Sequence record: PX104378.1
DNA: 64,000 bases
Source: a phage
Reading direction: 5' to 3' (one strand)
The notes beneath the pieces were generated by a model that saw only the letters and a program-made list of their open reading frames with translations, searched no databases and was not told the DNA's origin. Shown one piece after another: positions 62,019 to 64,000 of the stretch. Each line of letters starts with the position of its first letter. The first letter of the stretch is position 1. A program made the translations under genes and the position numbers.

Positions 62019-63431
62019 TTAGAAAGTCATGTTATTTGCTAGCTCGTCGAGTTTTTCGCGTTTCTCGGCTTGCTGTGCGCTTTGTGGTTTAACTTGTGCA
62101 TTCTCCTGATCGGCGATCTGGTTTGGAACTTCATACCAACGCTGATTTCCTTTTTTCACACCAACATTAAACCGTGAATAGTAGTTCTTATCACCGTAAC
62201 GAGATTTAATCTGCTTGAGTAGTTGAACACCCATTTTTGCAAGGTCTTCGGTTTCAATTACACCCAACATAAAATCGGCTGTAGCCGGAAGACCTGCTGA
62301 TTCAGCGGTATCACTCATGTTAAGGTCGGAAGCATCCCAACCAGCACGGGTAGTCTGTGCCGCAGTCCAACCAACAACATCCCACTTAACAAAAAATCCT
62401 CGCAGTTCTTCCGCAATCGCCTTAACTAGTGTGTAACTATTTTCAGAGTATACACGCAAGCGAGACGATGCGCAAATCCCCAGATAGTCAACAATCACAA
62501 CATCAGGTTTAAACTGTTTCTTGAGTCGCAATTCATTCATTAACGCCTCAAAGTGATTGGAGTTCGCGCCACCAGTCGGATACTGCTTGATCATCAATTT
62601 TCCAACCGGACGATCTCCGATCTTCTTATTCTTAACACGCTTCATACGTGCGGAATATTCCGCAAAAGAAACATTACCATTATCCAATTCATCTAATGTA
62701 AGGTCAAGCAAGTTTGCGTCAATACGTTTGGCTACGACATGCTCTGCCATCTCCATTGAGATATACAATACATCATAACCACATTCCATATAATCCGCAG
62801 CAAGAGAACACAATCCAAGCGATTTACCAACGTTTACACCAGCAAGCAACACATTTAGCGTTTTTCTTTCCGCCCCTCCTTTCGTGATTTTGTTCAACAT
62901 CGGCAGTTTAAACGGGATCTTATTCGCTTTAGTCTGATATAGCAAGAATCGTTTTTCGAAGTCATTAAACCAGTCATGACCTACATCAGAATCAAACGTA
63001 ATGGATAGTGCTTCCTGCATGATCTCAGGAATAGCTCCCTCGCCAGGCAATTTCTTATTCTGTTTCTCTTTTGGTAGTTGTGCGTTCGCTTGAATCTCTA
63101 GCGCCCGTGACATTGCATTATACATGGCACGGTCACGAATAAATTTTTCGGTTTCCTTCATTAACCAATCAAGGTCTTCCGGTGTATTCTCAAGCGAATC
63201 AAGAAGAGTTTTAGCCCCTTCATATGTTGTCTGATTGCCTCTCTCCTTGTCTAAAGCAATCTGTAATGCAGTTGGCGTAGGAATATTGGAATATTCGTCT
63301 ACGTGCTTTTTAATCAGCTTATAAATCAGTTTTTCTTCGTCTTCGGTGAAGTAGTCCGCTTTAAGGTGAGGCCATACATTCGTAAAGAATGCGCCATTGT
63401 AAATCAACTGTGAAAAGATAGTTTTAATCAT
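62019..63431 (-). CDS. 41: replicative DNA helicase (DnaB-like)
   Basis: 470 aa; Walker A GVNVGKS, YISMEMAE, KQYPTGGA, VVIVDYLGIC, SAGLPATADFMLGVIETE match recalled T4 gp41. Confidence 0.9.
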   Translation of the reverse strand: MIKTIFSQLIYNGAFFTNVWPHLKADYFTEDEEKLIYKLIKKHVDEYSNIPTPTALQIALDKERGNQTTYEGAKTLLDSLENTPEDLDWLMKETEKFIRDRAMYNAMSRALEIQANAQLPKEKQNKKLPGEGAIPEIMQEALSITFDSDVGHDWFNDFEKRFLLYQTKANKIPFKLPMLNKITKGGAERKTLNVLLAGVNVGKSLGLCSLAADYMECGYDVLYISMEMAEHVVAKRIDANLLDLTLDELDNGNVSFAEYSARMKRVKNKKIGDRPVGKLMIKQYPTGGANSNHFEALMNELRLKKQFKPDVVIVDYLGICASSRLRVYSENSYTLVKAIAEELRGFFVKWDVVGWTAAQTTRAGWDASDLNMSDTAESAGLPATADFMLGVIETEDLAKMGVQLLKQIKSRYGDKNYYSRFNVGVKKGNQRWYEVPNQIADQENAQVKPQSAQQAEKREKLDELANNMTF

Positions 63432-63745
63432 ACATAGCCCCCAACTACACGCATAACAAAGGTCTTGAGTTTATACCAGAAAGTTTCTTTTTTCAACTTT
63501 TCTTCTGCTTCTTTGATCTGCGCTGTTAACGCCTTAATGACGTGAGGATATACCACATCACGATCTGACGGCGTGGAGTAGTCGACCACAATACCTTTAG
63601 TGTCTGGATCGTATTCAACATTATGAATATAGACAATATGATGCTCTCCCTCTTCATCAACAATTATCAGTTCCTGAATAACTGTCTTCATTGCTTCTTG
63701 AATCAAGCCGTGTGCTTCTTCTAAACTTGTTGGTTTCTTATCCAT
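63428..63745 (-). CDS. hypothetical protein (105 aa), gene-40 position
   Basis: between 41 and putative uvsX as T4 gene 40; sequence not recognised. Confidence 0.45.
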   Translation of the reverse strand: MDKKPTSLEEAHGLIQEAMKTVIQELIIVDEEGEHHIVYIHNVEYDPDTKGIVVDYSTPSDRDVVYPHVIKALTAQIKEAEEKLKKETFWYKLKTFVMRVVGGYV

Positions 63746-63800
63746 AATATAATCCTCTCTAGATATGAAAAAGGGGCACGTAGCCCCTTTACTACCATTG

Positions 63801-64000
63801 TTATGCTAACATATCTTCGATTTCTTTGTCAACTGCTTCGTCGCTGATCACTTGCCCCAGCTTATAATGATCGTTGATTGCTTCGTTAAACTTATCGTTT
63901 GTCAGAAGTGGTTTCCAGAACTCAATGCTATTGGTTTCTTTAGCACGGAACTTGCGTTCTTCGGTTTCCATCTCTCCGGTCTCAGTATTCAGGATTGAAC
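63801..64000 (-). CDS. uvsX: C-terminal fragment of an ORF, probably uvsX recombinase
   Basis: frame open to window edge; ...KFRAKETNSIEFWKPLLTNDKFNEAINDHYKLGQVISDEAVDKEIEDMLA*; called by synteny only. Confidence 0.45.
   Translation of the reverse strand, partial: SILNTETGEMETEERKFRAKETNSIEFWKPLLTNDKFNEAINDHYKLGQVISDEAVDKEIEDMLA

Overview
This window reads as a 64-kb segment of a T4-like (Tevenvirinae-type) myovirus genome: AT-rich, densely coding, with about 120 genes on the minus strand and one plus-strand late operon. All calls come from reading the ORF translations against recalled T4 proteins, motifs and synteny; no searches were run. Minus-strand order (high to low coordinate) follows T4: uvsX fragment, 41, 61, 56 (dCTPase), modA-like, dda, dexA, fused 39/60 topoisomerase subunit, rIIA, rIIB, 52, an accessory block without MotA/AsiA, then after the plus-strand holin t and long tail fibre operon (34-35-36-37): rnh, a CYTH-domain insert, dsbA, 33, 59, 32, frd, td, nrdA, nrdB, denA, rnlA (63), a spanin-like pair, pseT, cd, 31, a NADAR-like gene, DNA ligase (30), an overlapping HNH endonuclease, a roughly 7-kb hyperplastic accessory region, and alt. 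The accessory region is built from at least 23 repeated sigma70-type early promoter cassettes (TTGACA-N16-18-TATAAT), each driving one or a few small genes. The most interesting candidates for an undescribed system are (i) a translationally coupled six-gene operon encoding a truncated C5-cytosine-methyltransferase-like core, a Zn-ribbon protein and a standalone DUF262/ParB-like protein, and (ii) a six-member paralogous family of about 100-aa proteins sharing an H-x-H-W ... AVDV motif. No tRNA, rRNA, CRISPR array or transposon was seen.
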